A DNA stretch of 32,000 nucleotides from an archaeon (lineage in GTDB: Archaea; Iainarchaeota; Iainarchaeia; Iainarchaeales; JANQMZ01), in the NCBI GenBank assembly GCA_028279805.1, contig JANQMZ010000007.1, positions 630,001-662,000 of the forward strand, written 5' to 3'. The position numbers and the translations under genes are program-made. Below are positions 1-8,703 of the stretch, in pieces. Position 1 is the stretch's first letter, and each line of letters starts with the position of its first letter. Below the pieces are notes generated by a model, which saw only the letters and a list, made by a program, of their open reading frames with translations, ran no database searches and was not told where the DNA came from.

Positions 1-379
1 AAAAGTTTCTGCTTTGGGAAATCTTTTGGCTTTAAATCAGAACGGAGGAATTGCATCCGAATTAATTTCAAAAGAAACCGTTAAGGAACTGGAAAACTTT
101 TTTAATATTAAAATTTTAAGAAAAAATATTGCTCAGAATGAATTGAACGGCTCTTCAATTGTTTCAACTTCAAAAGGTTTTGTTGTTAATCCTCTTGCAT
201 CAGAAAAAGAGTTAAAATTATTAAAAAAAACATTTAAAGTTGAAGGGAATACAGCGACATCAAATTATGGTGACAAATTTGTTTCCAATGGGGTGTTAGC
301 AAACAAAAATGCAGCACTTATCGGCTCTTTAACTTCAAACATTGAGCTTGGAAAAATTGATGAAGGTTTAAGCGGGTGA
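1..379 (+). CDS. eif6: Translation initiation factor 6 (aIF6), C-terminal part; the 5' end lies outside the window
   Basis: The frame stays open to the window edge (KVSALGNLLALNQNGGIAS...). It shows the repeated aIF6 pseudo-symmetric segments (..GSSIVSTSKGFVVNP.., ..SNGVLANKNAALIGS.., ELGKIDEGL). It sits in the conserved archaeal order aIF6-LX-pfdA-ftsY. Confidence 0.85.
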   Translation, partial: KVSALGNLLALNQNGGIASELISKETVKELENFFNIKILRKNIAQNELNGSSIVSTSKGFVVNPLASEKELKLLKKTFKVEGNTATSNYGDKFVSNGVLANKNAALIGSLTSNIELGKIDEGLSG

Positions 380-384
380 AAATT

Positions 385-690
385 TTGAAAAAAAAATTGT
401 TTGAAATAACCGGAAAATATAATCAGAAAAATACACAGTTTCCTTTTACCAGAACCGTTGAAGCTTTTAATGAAAAACATGCAATTGAAACAGTGTTAAG
501 CTTGTTTGGCTCAGAGCATAAAACCAAAAGAAGAAATATTGAAATAAATGAAGTGAAACCAGCTTCATCAGAATCCAAAAATGAAAAACCTATAACGGAA
601 AAAATTGAAGAAAAAATACAAAAACCGGTAAAAACTCAAAAAAAAGACGAAAAAGAGGAGAAAAAAGCTGAAAAAGAAAGTAAGGAATAA
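385..690 (+). CDS. rplX: 50S ribosomal protein LX (eL20 family) with a Lys/Glu-rich C-terminal tail
   Basis: The core KLFEITGKYNQKNTQFPFTRTVEAFNEKHAIETVLSLFGSEHKTKRRNIEINEVK matches the LX pattern (F.V.G......F...V.A..E..A.E.+.S..GS.H+.KR..I.I..V). It lies directly after aIF6, as in other archaea. I place the start at TTG 385, 5 nt after GGTGA (375-379). The ORF track's GTG at 376 lies inside that SD. Confidence 0.75.
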   Translation: MKKKLFEITGKYNQKNTQFPFTRTVEAFNEKHAIETVLSLFGSEHKTKRRNIEINEVKPASSESKNEKPITEKIEEKIQKPVKTQKKDEKEEKKAEKESKE

Positions 691-728
691 ATACTTTTTT
701 TTGTTTAAAATTTTGAAGGTGTTTTTTT

Positions 729-1193
729 ATGGCGGAAGAAGTTGAAAAAATTTCCCCTGAACAGTTGGGGCCATTGTATCAGAGGCAGAGAGAATTGCTT
801 GAACAGTCAAGAGCCCAAAAACAGTCTCTTCAGGATGTTTTAATTGAATTTAATTCTGCGATTGATGCTTTGAATGAGTTAAAAAAAGCAGGAAAAAATG
901 ATAAAATAATGTTAAGCCTGGGAGGCGGAGTTTATATTGAGGCAGTTGTTTCTGATGTTCAGAAAGTAAAAGGCAATATTGGCGGCGGTGTAATTCAAAG
1001 CATTTCCGTTGACAAAGTTTTGCTTGAACTGGAGAAAAGAAAAAATGAAACAATTAAAAGCCTTGAACTTAATGCCAAAGATGAAGCAAAACTTTTGGAA
1101 AGCATTGCGTCAATTGAACTTGCTTTGAATGCATTGCAGAGAGCAAATGCTCAAAAGCAGGGAAATGAAACTGGAACTCCAACTGTTTCTTAA
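729..1193 (+). CDS. pfdA: Prefoldin alpha subunit
   Basis: 154 aa with two coiled-coil arms flanking a central beta-hairpin segment (IMLSLGGGVYIEAVVSDVQKVKGNIGGGV). It sits in the conserved position between LX and FtsY. Confidence 0.85.
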   Translation: MAEEVEKISPEQLGPLYQRQRELLEQSRAQKQSLQDVLIEFNSAIDALNELKKAGKNDKIMLSLGGGVYIEAVVSDVQKVKGNIGGGVIQSISVDKVLLELEKRKNETIKSLELNAKDEAKLLESIASIELALNALQRANAQKQGNETGTPTVS

Positions 1194-1205
1194 GCGCTGA
1201 TTTAA

Positions 1206-2177
1206 ATGTTTGACTTGTTAAAAAACAAGCTGTCTTCTTTTGGTAAAAAAATAATAAAATCAACTGAAGAAAATGAGAAAAGAACTTTATCCCCCGATAT
1301 TTCAGTTTCTTCAAAAGCAAAATCTTTAATTACCGGTGAAATTGAAATAAAGGAAAAAGATATTGAAGATTTGCTGTTTGAATTTGAATTGTTGTTACTG
1401 GAGGCAGACGTTAATGAGGAAACAACAAAAAAACTTGTTCAAAAAATTTCAGAAAAAATTGTGGGAAAAAAATTTGCAAGAAAAAATTTAAAAGAAACTA
1501 TTAATAAAGAAATCAAATCCGCGTTAAAAGAATTAATTCAGCTTGAACCAATCAACTTGTTAAAAGAAATTAATTCAAAAAAAGAAAAACCCTTCAAAAT
1601 ACTCTTTTTAGGGCCAAATGGTGCAGGAAAAACAACAAGCATTGCAAAGCTTGCGAATCATTTGCAGAAACAAAAACTCAAAATAATTTTATCAGCTTCA
1701 GATACATTCAGGGCAGCGTCAATTGAACAGCTTGAAAAACATTCTCAAAATTTAAATTTAAGATTGATAAAACACAAATACGGTTCTGATCCGAGTGCTG
1801 TTGCTTTTGACGCAATTGAATCAGCAAAAGCTTCAAAAACGGATATTGTTCTGATTGATTCTGCGGGGAGGCAGGAAACCAACAAAAATTTAATGGAAGA
1901 ATTAAAAAAAATGCACCGCGTAATAAAACCTGATTTGACCTTATTTGTCGGTGAATCCCTTTCAGGAAAAACTTTGCTGGAACAGGCAAAACAGTTTAAT
2001 GAAGCGGGAACAATTAACGGTTTTATTTTAACAAAAATTGACACTGACACAAAAGGCGGCACAATCATTTCCCTTTTAAGTGAATTAAAAAAACCCATTT
2101 TGTTTGTCGGCACAGGCCAAGAATATAAAGATTTTCAAAAATTTGATGAAAACTTTTTAATTGAAAGAATTTTTTAA
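1206..2177 (+). CDS. ftsY: Signal recognition particle receptor FtsY
   Basis: SRP-GTPase NG domain motifs are present: GPNGAGKTTSIAKLA (G1), DTFRAASIEQL, DSAGRQ (G3) and TKIDTDTKGG (G4). Confidence 0.93.
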   Translation: MFDLLKNKLSSFGKKIIKSTEENEKRTLSPDISVSSKAKSLITGEIEIKEKDIEDLLFEFELLLLEADVNEETTKKLVQKISEKIVGKKFARKNLKETINKEIKSALKELIQLEPINLLKEINSKKEKPFKILFLGPNGAGKTTSIAKLANHLQKQKLKIILSASDTFRAASIEQLEKHSQNLNLRLIKHKYGSDPSAVAFDAIESAKASKTDIVLIDSAGRQETNKNLMEELKKMHRVIKPDLTLFVGESLSGKTLLEQAKQFNEAGTINGFILTKIDTDTKGGTIISLLSELKKPILFVGTGQEYKDFQKFDENFLIERIF

Positions 2178-2215
2178 CCAAATGTTTTTATTCAATCAAA
2201 ATAATTTTATTTCAG

Positions 2216-2668
2216 GTGTTTTGTTTGTTGCGGCATAAAGGAATAATAATAAGGGAAAAAAAGGGACAAGAACATCCTCATGTTAAAATTCCTGAAAACC
2301 ATCCTCTTGCTAAAAAACTTTTAAGCCTTTCAGATATCCGGGCTGAACCAAATTCTTCTTTAAAACAAGGGGACATTGTGGGAATCAGGACGCTTGAAAA
2401 CAGCACTATTGCCAGCATTCAAAAAGAACGGAATCTGCCTTACAACGAACAGCATTTTAATTCCGGCTCCCATATTTCCACTACAAAATTTTTGGGAATT
2501 TATCTGGGCAATGGCGTAGCTTTAGTAACCCATGAGCTTAGAAATGCAACAGAATTTCATAAACTCAGTGAACCAAGAATAATTTACAGAATTGAAAAAC
2601 CTGAAGAAATTGTTGAAAAAGAAGAAAAACAAAATTTCGGCGGGTTCAGAAGAGTTGAGTTTGTTTAA
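2216..2668 (+). CDS. Hypothetical protein (no confident family)
   Basis: 150-aa ORF in a gap not used by other genes. The start is probably TTG 2225, which is GGTGT (2215-2219) + 5 nt. There is only a weak GDIVGIR...SH....LGIYLGNGVALV motif. Confidence 0.4.
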   Translation: MFCLLRHKGIIIREKKGQEHPHVKIPENHPLAKKLLSLSDIRAEPNSSLKQGDIVGIRTLENSTIASIQKERNLPYNEQHFNSGSHISTTKFLGIYLGNGVALVTHELRNATEFHKLSEPRIIYRIEKPEEIVEKEEKQNFGGFRRVEFV

Positions 2669-2671
2669 AAT

Positions 2672-3775
2672 TCATAAAACTTTTTTTAAATCAGTATATT
2701 TTAAACCAAAAGCTTTTGCAACAGATTCATTTGTTATAAAACTTTTATGCATGTTAACTCCTGAAGCCAAACCCTTATCTTTTTTTACCGCATTCAAATC
2801 ATTTTTTGCCAGTTTTAAAATGTATGGAACAGTTGCATTAGTCAAAGCAATTGTTGATGTTCTCGGATAAGCCCCGGGCATGTTTGCAACCGCATAATGT
2901 TTTACGCCAAATTTTTCATAAACCGGTTTTGCATGTGTTGTTGGCTTAATTGTTTCAACTGACCCGCCCTGGTCAACTGCAACATCTACTATTACAGAAT
3001 TTTTTGGCATCAGTTTAACCATTTTTTTTGAAACAAGTTTTGGAGCTTTTGCTCCCGGCACCAAAACAGCGCCGATTAACAAGTCCGTATTTTTTAATTC
3101 TTTTTCAATTGCTTTTTTTGATGATTTTTTATATTTTGCTTTTGGAAATTTTTTCTTTAACTGTTTAATTCTTTTGCTGTTAACCTCAAACAATACAACA
3201 TTCGCCCCCAATCCCAAAGAATTTTCCAGTGCAGCTGTTCCGACTATGCCCCCGCCTAAAATTACGGTTTTTGCATTAACTGAATTTTTAACAGGGCTCA
3301 TTAGTGTTCCTCGGCCTCCGTAAGGTTTTGCCAAATAATATGCGCCCATTATTGCTGACATTTTTCCTGCAACTTCACTCATTGGTTTAAGCAAAGGCAG
3401 TTTGCCATTTTTTTCAACTGTTTCATATGCAATGCAGGTTGTTTTTGATTTTTTCATTGCCAAAGTTAATTTTTTTGAAGAAGCAAAATGAAAATATGTG
3501 AACAAAATGTTCTCTTTATTAAAATAAGAGTATTCTTTTGGCATTGGCTCTTTAATTTTGACTATTAACCTGCATTTTTTGCATATTTTTTTAGCATTTT
3601 TAACAATTTTTGCACCGGCTTTCCTGTATTCTTTGTCTGTAAACCCGGAACCCAAACCTGCGTTTTTTTGGACAAAAACACTGTTTCCGGCCTTTTTTAA
3701 CAGTTTTACGCTTTTTGGTGTTAAAGCAACTCTGTTTTCATTGTTTTTAATTTCCTTTAAAACGCCTATTTTCAT
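2672..3775 (-). CDS. ald: Alanine dehydrogenase
   Basis: 367 aa. The N-terminus MKIGVLKEIKNNENRVALTP is typical of Ald. The Rossmann motif ILGGGIVGTAA is present, and the length and architecture fit AlaDH rather than PntA. Confidence 0.85.
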   Translation of the reverse strand: MKIGVLKEIKNNENRVALTPKSVKLLKKAGNSVFVQKNAGLGSGFTDKEYRKAGAKIVKNAKKICKKCRLIVKIKEPMPKEYSYFNKENILFTYFHFASSKKLTLAMKKSKTTCIAYETVEKNGKLPLLKPMSEVAGKMSAIMGAYYLAKPYGGRGTLMSPVKNSVNAKTVILGGGIVGTAALENSLGLGANVVLFEVNSKRIKQLKKKFPKAKYKKSSKKAIEKELKNTDLLIGAVLVPGAKAPKLVSKKMVKLMPKNSVIVDVAVDQGGSVETIKPTTHAKPVYEKFGVKHYAVANMPGAYPRTSTIALTNATVPYILKLAKNDLNAVKKDKGLASGVNMHKSFITNESVAKAFGLKYTDLKKVL

Positions 3776-3840
3776 TTAAAACCAGCCAAATACAAAAAAA
3801 GCATGAAATTTTTATAAACCCTCTTTGAATCAATTAGTTA

Positions 3841-5196
3841 ATGAGCTTAGGAAAAAGGTTAAGGAATGCGTTAGACAAATTGCAGGGTTCTTCCTCGATT
3901 GATAAAGAAATTGTTAAAGAGGCTGTTAAAGAAATTCAGCGTGCCTTAATTGCATCTGATGTTGAAGTTAATTTGGTTTTAAATTTAAGCAAAAAAATTG
4001 AAGAAAAAGCTTTTGAAAAAATTCCGGCAGGGTTAAGCAGGCAGGAACACGTAATAAAAACAACTTATGAATTGTTATCACAATTGCTGGGAAAACAGGA
4101 TTCAGATTTTAAGGAACCAAAAAAAGTTTTACTGGTTGGCTTATTTGGTTCGGGCAAAACCACTAGTTCTGCTAAAATTGCAAAATGGTTTTCAAAAAGA
4201 GGAAAAAAAACAGCTTTAATTGCAGCTGACACTCACAGGCCGGCATCATTTGAACAGTTGCAACAATTATCAAAAAAAGTTAATGTTGATTTTTTTGGAA
4301 ATCCAAAAGAAAAAAACCCTGAAAAAATTGTTGAAACCGGTTTAAAAAAATTTAAAAACAAGGATTTGATTATTGTTGATTCAGCGGGACGAAGCGCGTT
4401 AGATGAAAATTTAACAAAAGAAATTGTTAAAGTAAAAAAAACTTTTAAGCCGGATGCAATCTGGCTGGTTTTGTCTGCAGACATCGGGCAGGTTGCAAAA
4501 AAACAGGCACAGCATTTTAACAAAGCGTTAGGAATTACAGGAATAATTATTACAAAAATGGACGGTTCCTCAAAAGGCGGCGGAGCATTGGCTGCCTGTG
4601 CTGAAACATCTTCCCCTGTATTATTTATCGGAACGGGTGAAAAGCCTGATGATTTTGAACAGTTTGACAATGAACGTTTTTTGTCAAGAATAATGGGTTA
4701 TGGTGATCTGCAGTCATTGTTGGAAAAAGCAAAAACGGTTTCATTGGAATCTGATTTGTCTCCTGAACAAATGCTGCAGCAGGATTTTACTTTAAAATCT
4801 TTTTACCAGCAACTGGAAGCATCCAAAAAAATAGGCCCATTGGACAAAGTGGCGGACATGCTTGGTTTAAAGATGCAGTTGCCGCAGGAACAGCTTGATT
4901 TGGGGCAGGAAAAACTGGACAATTTTAAGGTTATGATGGATTCAATGACAAAACAGGAACAATTGCAGCCTGATGTAATGAATTCTTCCAGAATTAATCG
5001 CATTGCAAAAGGCTCCGGCAGAACAGAGCAGGATGTCAGGGAACTGCTAAAAAGTTTTAAGCAGAGCAAAAAAATGTTTGACCAGTTTAAAAAAATGCAG
5101 TCCTCCTTTAACCCTGAAAAAATGTCTCAAAAAGATGTTGAAAATTTGATGAAAAAGTTTCAGCCAAAAAAGAAAAAAAAATTCAGGTTAAGATAA
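3841..5196 (+). CDS. srp54: Signal recognition particle protein SRP54
   Basis: NG domain motifs GLFGSGKTTSSAKIA, DTHRPASFEQL, DSAGR and TKMDGSSKGGGALA, followed by a Met-rich M domain (MLGLKMQ.., MMDSMT) and a basic tail. Confidence 0.95.
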   Translation: MSLGKRLRNALDKLQGSSSIDKEIVKEAVKEIQRALIASDVEVNLVLNLSKKIEEKAFEKIPAGLSRQEHVIKTTYELLSQLLGKQDSDFKEPKKVLLVGLFGSGKTTSSAKIAKWFSKRGKKTALIAADTHRPASFEQLQQLSKKVNVDFFGNPKEKNPEKIVETGLKKFKNKDLIIVDSAGRSALDENLTKEIVKVKKTFKPDAIWLVLSADIGQVAKKQAQHFNKALGITGIIITKMDGSSKGGGALAACAETSSPVLFIGTGEKPDDFEQFDNERFLSRIMGYGDLQSLLEKAKTVSLESDLSPEQMLQQDFTLKSFYQQLEASKKIGPLDKVADMLGLKMQLPQEQLDLGQEKLDNFKVMMDSMTKQEQLQPDVMNSSRINRIAKGSGRTEQDVRELLKSFKQSKKMFDQFKKMQSSFNPEKMSQKDVENLMKKFQPKKKKKFRLR

Positions 5197-5197
5197 A

Positions 5198-6007
5198 ATG
5201 GAATTTTTGTTATTAAGGCAAAGCTTAATTGTTGTAAGCTTGTTAATTGCAAGTTACACTGATATTAAAACAGGTTTAATTCCTGATAAAATTACTTTGC
5301 CTTTAATTTTTTTTGGAATTGTTTTGAATTTGTTTTCTTTTAAAATTGAAAATTTTTTAATTCCTGCCGGAGTTTTTTTGATTTTGGCTTTTTTTTATTA
5401 TATTGGAAAGCTTGGGGGAGGCGATGTAAAACTTTTAACGGGAATTTCAATGGTTTTGCCTTTTTATTCTAATCAGATTTTTGTTCTGCCTTTGATTTTT
5501 TTTGCTTCATTGTTTTCAGTTTTGTTTTTTTCAGCTTTTTATGTTTCAAAATATATACGTAAAGGAATTGATTTTGAGGAAAACAGGCAGGATATAAAAA
5601 AAGCAACAATTTTAGGATTTTTTTTAATAATTTTTTTCTTTTTGTCTTTTTCAAATAATTTTATTCAGCCAGAAATTCTTTTGCTTTTGATTGTTCCGTT
5701 AATTTTAAGCCTGTTTTTTTTGGCTTTTCAGAAAGGAATCCGAAAAAATTTCTTCATTGAACATGTTTCTTTAAATAAGCTGGATGAAGATGAAATGATT
5801 GCTTTTGATGCTTTAAACCCTGTTTTAAGAAAAAAACTTGATTTTGGCTTTAAAGGTGTTCTGGGAGAAAAAGAAATAAGCCGGTTAAAAAAATTAAAAG
5901 TAAAAAAAGTGCCTGTTGTACGAGGGTTTGCTCCTTTTGCCCCTTTTATTTTTTTGGGGGCCATAACCTCTTTTTATTTTTCACATTTTTTTTCTTTTTT
6001 GTTTTAA
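5198..6007 (+). CDS. A24-family prepilin/preflagellin peptidase (FlaK/PibD-like), polytopic membrane protein
   Basis: Multiple TM helices. The two aspartyl-protease motifs are present (ASYTDIKTGLIPD and GGGDVKLL). The start lies 2 nt after the srp54 stop. Confidence 0.75.
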   Translation: MEFLLLRQSLIVVSLLIASYTDIKTGLIPDKITLPLIFFGIVLNLFSFKIENFLIPAGVFLILAFFYYIGKLGGGDVKLLTGISMVLPFYSNQIFVLPLIFFASLFSVLFFSAFYVSKYIRKGIDFEENRQDIKKATILGFFLIIFFFLSFSNNFIQPEILLLLIVPLILSLFFLAFQKGIRKNFFIEHVSLNKLDEDEMIAFDALNPVLRKKLDFGFKGVLGEKEISRLKKLKVKKVPVVRGFAPFAPFIFLGAITSFYFSHFFSFLF

Positions 6008-6289
6008 TCCTATTTTTTTAACCGTGTTGCATTCCAGGCACATTACTTTTAACATTGTTTTTTGAATTCTTTTTTTGGAATTTTTTGAATCCAGATAGGA
6101 ATGACAGTTTTTACAAAAACTTTTTTTTAATTCTTGGGGAATTCTAACCCTGTTTCTTTTTCCGATTTTTAAAGCTAAGCCAACATATTTTTTACTTCTT
6201 TTTTTGTCTTTTTTTGCCAATTTAAACAGAACATAAATTCTGTCCAACGCTATTCCCTGAATAAATTCTTTTTTTTTCATTATAATCAT
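5981..6289 (-). CDS. rnp4: RNase P protein component 4 (Rpp21/Rpr2)
   Basis: N-terminal helical part (ALDRIYVLFKLAKK...KKYVGLALKIGKRNRVRIP) followed by the zinc ribbon CKNC...x19...CLEC. The 3' end overlaps the convergent peptidase gene by 27 bp. Confidence 0.8.
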   Translation of the reverse strand: MIIMKKKEFIQGIALDRIYVLFKLAKKDKKRSKKYVGLALKIGKRNRVRIPQELKKSFCKNCHSYLDSKNSKKRIQKTMLKVMCLECNTVKKIGLKQKRKKM

Positions 6290-6303
6290 TTTAACTCCAA
6301 AAC

Positions 6304-6332
6304 TATTTATATTGGTTTAAATTTTGTTTTAT
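6304..6332 (+). promoter_or_regulatory. Conserved promoter/5' block, copy A (TATTTATATTGGTTTAAA-N3-TGTTTTAT), with a TATA-like box about 25 nt upstream of ATG 6334
   Basis: The same 18-bp + 8-bp blocks recur at 7595-7623 with identical spacing to an ATG. The TATA-to-ATG distance suggests a leaderless transcript. Confidence 0.6.
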
Positions 6333-6333
6333 A

Positions 6334-6687
6334 ATGCCGAACAGAAACAGGAATATTGGAAGACGAAAGCGAAGAAAAAGAAAAAGGGGGCGAGAAGGAA
6401 GACAAAGGAGAGTTCAGGGAGATTTGACAAGAAGCCAGAGAACTGAGGGAAGGGAACAAGGCCCTGGAAGAGTTCAAGCAGGAAAGCCTTTGATAATAAT
6501 GAAACTTACCAATTTGTTTTCCGGAAGAGTTTCAAATCAAACAATGAAAGAAATCAATGATAAGGTTAACTCGGGTGCAGGGCATCAGGCCATTTTAAAT
6601 ATTATTAAAAACCCGGAACTTGGTTTTTCAGAAAAAGACATTGAACTTTTTTCCGGGCGTATTATGCAAATTTTCAGACCTCAATGA
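6334..6687 (+). CDS. Small basic protein, paralog A: Arg/Lys-rich N-terminal region plus a conserved ~60-aa C-terminal domain of unknown function
   Basis: 117 aa. The N-terminus is NRNRNIGRRKRRKRKRGREGRQRR. The C-terminal region aligns with the 7625..7945 product (VSN..., SG.G.QA...II..PE...S...I..FS..I..IFR). Confidence 0.6.
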   Translation: MPNRNRNIGRRKRRKRKRGREGRQRRVQGDLTRSQRTEGREQGPGRVQAGKPLIIMKLTNLFSGRVSNQTMKEINDKVNSGAGHQAILNIIKNPELGFSEKDIELFSGRIMQIFRPQ

Positions 6688-6713
6688 TAACGGCATTCTA
6701 ACACTATAAAACT

Positions 6714-7193
6714 TTATTTAATAGCATTCAAATCTATGTGGCAATAACCCCGCTTGTTTTTTTCAAGATAATCCTGATGATATTCTTCAGCTTCATAAAA
6801 ATCAGCTGCTTTTTTTATTTGAGTCATTATTTTTTCCTTGTATTTTTTTTGTTCTTTTTCTTTTGATTTTATTGCAGCTTTTTTTTGTTCTTCACTATGG
6901 TAAAATATTACTGCCCTGTACTGACTGCCTCGATCATTGCCTTGCCTGTCAAAACTGGTTGGTTCATGAATCTGCCAAAACACTTCAAGTAATCTTTCAT
7001 AAGACACTTTTTCTGGATTGTATTCAATTAAAACAGATTCAGCATGCCCTGTTAAACCAGTGCAAACCTCTTTATACGCAGGATTTTTTGTTTTTCCGCC
7101 CGCATATCCAACAGTGGTTGTTTCTATTTCTTTTATTTTTTTAAACGCGGCTTCAACACCCCAAAAACATCCTGCTGCAAAAGTAGCTTTCAT
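6714..7193 (-). CDS. msrA: Peptide methionine sulfoxide reductase MsrA
   Basis: Catalytic motif [15 protein letters not shown], and the length fits MsrA. It overlaps the msrB stop by 4 nt (ATGA). Confidence 0.95.
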   Translation of the reverse strand: MKATFAAGCFWGVEAAFKKIKEIETTTVGYAGGKTKNPAYKEVCTGLTGHAESVLIEYNPEKVSYERLLEVFWQIHEPTSFDRQGNDRGSQYRAVIFYHSEEQKKAAIKSKEKEQKKYKEKIMTQIKKAADFYEAEEYHQDYLEKNKRGYCHIDLNAIK

Positions 7194-7570
7194 TTTTTTC
7201 CCTCAAAATCAATTGCTATTGAATTTATGCAAAACCTTTTTCCTGTTGGCTTTGGCCCGTCATCAAAAACATGCCCCAAATGCCCGCCGCATTTTTTGCA
7301 AACAACTTCAATTCTAATCATAAAATGACTTAAATCTTTTTTTAATTCAACTGCGTTTTTCTTTGCATCATAAAAACTCGGCCATCCGCAGTCAGAGTCA
7401 AATTTTGTTTCAGAATCAAATAATTCGTTTTCACACCCGGCACAAACATATTTTCCTTTTTTGTCAAATTTAACATATTTTCCGCTGAAAGGTTTTTCTG
7501 TTCCTTTTTTTCTCAAAACATGGTATTGTTCTTTGCTGAGAATTTTTTTCCATTCTTTTTCTGTTTTCAT
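7190..7570 (-). CDS. msrB: Peptide methionine (R)-sulfoxide reductase MsrB
   Basis: Two CxxC zinc motifs (CAGC, CKKC), the GWPSF motif and the catalytic region [19 protein letters not shown]. Confidence 0.95.
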   Translation of the reverse strand: MKTEKEWKKILSKEQYHVLRKKGTEKPFSGKYVKFDKKGKYVCAGCENELFDSETKFDSDCGWPSFYDAKKNAVELKKDLSHFMIRIEVVCKKCGGHLGHVFDDGPKPTGKRFCINSIAIDFEGKK

Positions 7571-7594
7571 TTTAATAATTATTGTTTCTAAAAA

Positions 7595-7623
7595 TATTTA
7601 TATTGGTTTAAAGCCTGTTTTAT
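7595..7623 (+). promoter_or_regulatory. Conserved promoter/5' block, copy B (identical 18-bp + 8-bp blocks)
   Basis: It matches 6304-6332 at 26 of 29 positions (only the 3-nt spacer differs). By alignment the equivalent start codon is ATG 7625, not 7622. It lies in the 51-bp divergent region shared with msrB. Confidence 0.6.
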
Positions 7624-7624
7624 G

Positions 7625-7945
7625 ATGTGTCCAAAGTATAGAAAAAACAAAAAAAGACCAAGGAGAAAAGGACCCAGAACAAGCCAAAATTTTAGAAACA
7701 GGGCTACTGGTGTTTCCCGAAGGCAAAGAAGTCATGTGTTAATACTGGCAAAAATTTCAAAGCTGTTAAAACCTCATGTTTCAAATTCTGATATAATCAT
7801 GACCAGAATCCAAAGAGTTGTTGAATCAGGCGGCGGATCACAAGCAGTTATCCGGATTATTCAAAGCCCGGAAACCAGGCTTTCTAAGGCAGAAATTGTA
7901 AATTTTTCAAATGTAATTAAAGCAATTTTTAGAGATGAAAAATAA
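7625..7945 (+). CDS. Small basic protein, paralog B (same family as 6334..6687)
   Basis: The N-terminus is basic (KYRKNKKRPRRKGPR...RRQR). The C-terminal ~65 aa align with paralog A at roughly 40% identity by eye. Conservation begins upstream of the only internal Met, so the basic N-terminus must be translated. Confidence 0.6.
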   Translation: MCPKYRKNKKRPRRKGPRTSQNFRNRATGVSRRQRSHVLILAKISKLLKPHVSNSDIIMTRIQRVVESGGGSQAVIRIIQSPETRLSKAEIVNFSNVIKAIFRDEK

Positions 7946-7975
7946 TTATTTTTTTTTAATTAACTTTTTTTGTGT

Positions 7976-8533
7976 TCAAAAAATATTTTTGTTTCCGGTT
8001 TTTGCTTTTTCAACAATTGATTTGATTCTTTTAATTCTGGTTTCTTTGAGTTTTCCGCTTAAAATCCATCTGTAAAGCATTTTTTTTGTGGATGGGGGAA
8101 ACTTTTCAAAATTTTTTTCCGCTTTTTTGTTTTTGTTTAAAGCTTTTTTTAATTCAATTGGCATGTTTGGATTTTTTGGAATCTCCGAATCAAGTGTGGG
8201 TCGTTTTAATCCTTCTTTGTAAAATTTTAAACCAACCGGCGTTAACTTTTTTTGTTTTAACAATTCTTTTGCATATCCTAATGTATTGTCACTCCATTTG
8301 CTGTTTTTGTTTCTTTTGGAAAAAGTTCTGATGTATTTGTTTTCATCCAGTCTTTTTATTGTGGTATCAATCCAGCCAAAACAAATAGCCTCCTCCATTA
8401 ATTCTCTGTGTGATGGCGCGGGTTTTCCGGTGTGTTTTTTGTATAAAATAACTGCAACTTTGTTTTCCTTTTCATGATTTTGTTTCAACCATTTTCTAAA
8501 ATCGTTCCTGTTTAATGCAATTATTTGTTTCAT
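7976..8533 (-). CDS. YdeI/OmpD-associated family protein (DUF1801-like)
   Basis: The pattern FRKWLKQNH...ELMEEAICFGWIDTTIKRLDEN...F.KR...S.WS..N......PPSTKKMLYRWILSGKLKETRIKRI is typical of the YdeI family. Confidence 0.7.
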   Translation of the reverse strand: MKQIIALNRNDFRKWLKQNHEKENKVAVILYKKHTGKPAPSHRELMEEAICFGWIDTTIKRLDENKYIRTFSKRNKNSKWSDNTLGYAKELLKQKKLTPVGLKFYKEGLKRPTLDSEIPKNPNMPIELKKALNKNKKAEKNFEKFPPSTKKMLYRWILSGKLKETRIKRIKSIVEKAKTGNKNIF

Positions 8534-8550
8534 TTTAATATCAGCTTAAG

Positions 8551-8621
8551 TGCAGCCGCCGGGATTCGAACCCGGGACAAGAGCTTGGAAGGCTCTGATG
8601 TTACCACTACACCACGGCTGC
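8551..8621 (-). tRNA. tRNA-Gly (anticodon UCC), no encoded CCA
   Basis: The reverse complement is GCAGCCGTGGTGTAGTGGTAACATCAGAGCCTTCCAAGCTCTTGTCCCGGGTTCGAATCCCGGCGGCTGCA. It folds as a cloverleaf with a 7-bp acceptor stem, anticodon loop CTTCCAA and a GTTCGAATC T-loop. Confidence 0.9.
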
Positions 8622-8703
8622 GTGTTAATTTTTTGCGTATAATATGTTTTTTTTAGCACTTGTTTTAAATTATTTGGCGTTTGACATTATAAGTGAATGT
8701 TTT

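Noticed and set aside
2216-2668. An NlpC/P60 or LRAT-like (permuted papain-like) hydrolase call for the 150-aa hypothetical protein, based on GDIVGIR...SH...LGIYLGNGVALV.
   Set aside because: No catalytic cysteine occurs in the appropriate position (the only Cys is at residue 3 of the longest frame). The motif match is short, so the protein is left as hypothetical.
6290-7630. The direct repeats flanking msrB-msrA as termini of a mobile cassette.
   Set aside because: The repeats are promoter/5' regions of two paralogous genes rather than element ends. There is no transposase or integrase, no target-site duplication pattern, and no inverted termini.
8644-8703. The upstream ATG 8644 as the tmk start (229-aa version).
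   Set aside because: The extra 20 residues (MFFLALVLNYLAFDIISECF) are hydrophobic and absent from the Tmk fold, whose P-loop normally starts within about 10 aa of the N-terminus. ATG 8704 gives MAEKGLFIVFEGIDGCGKGT.
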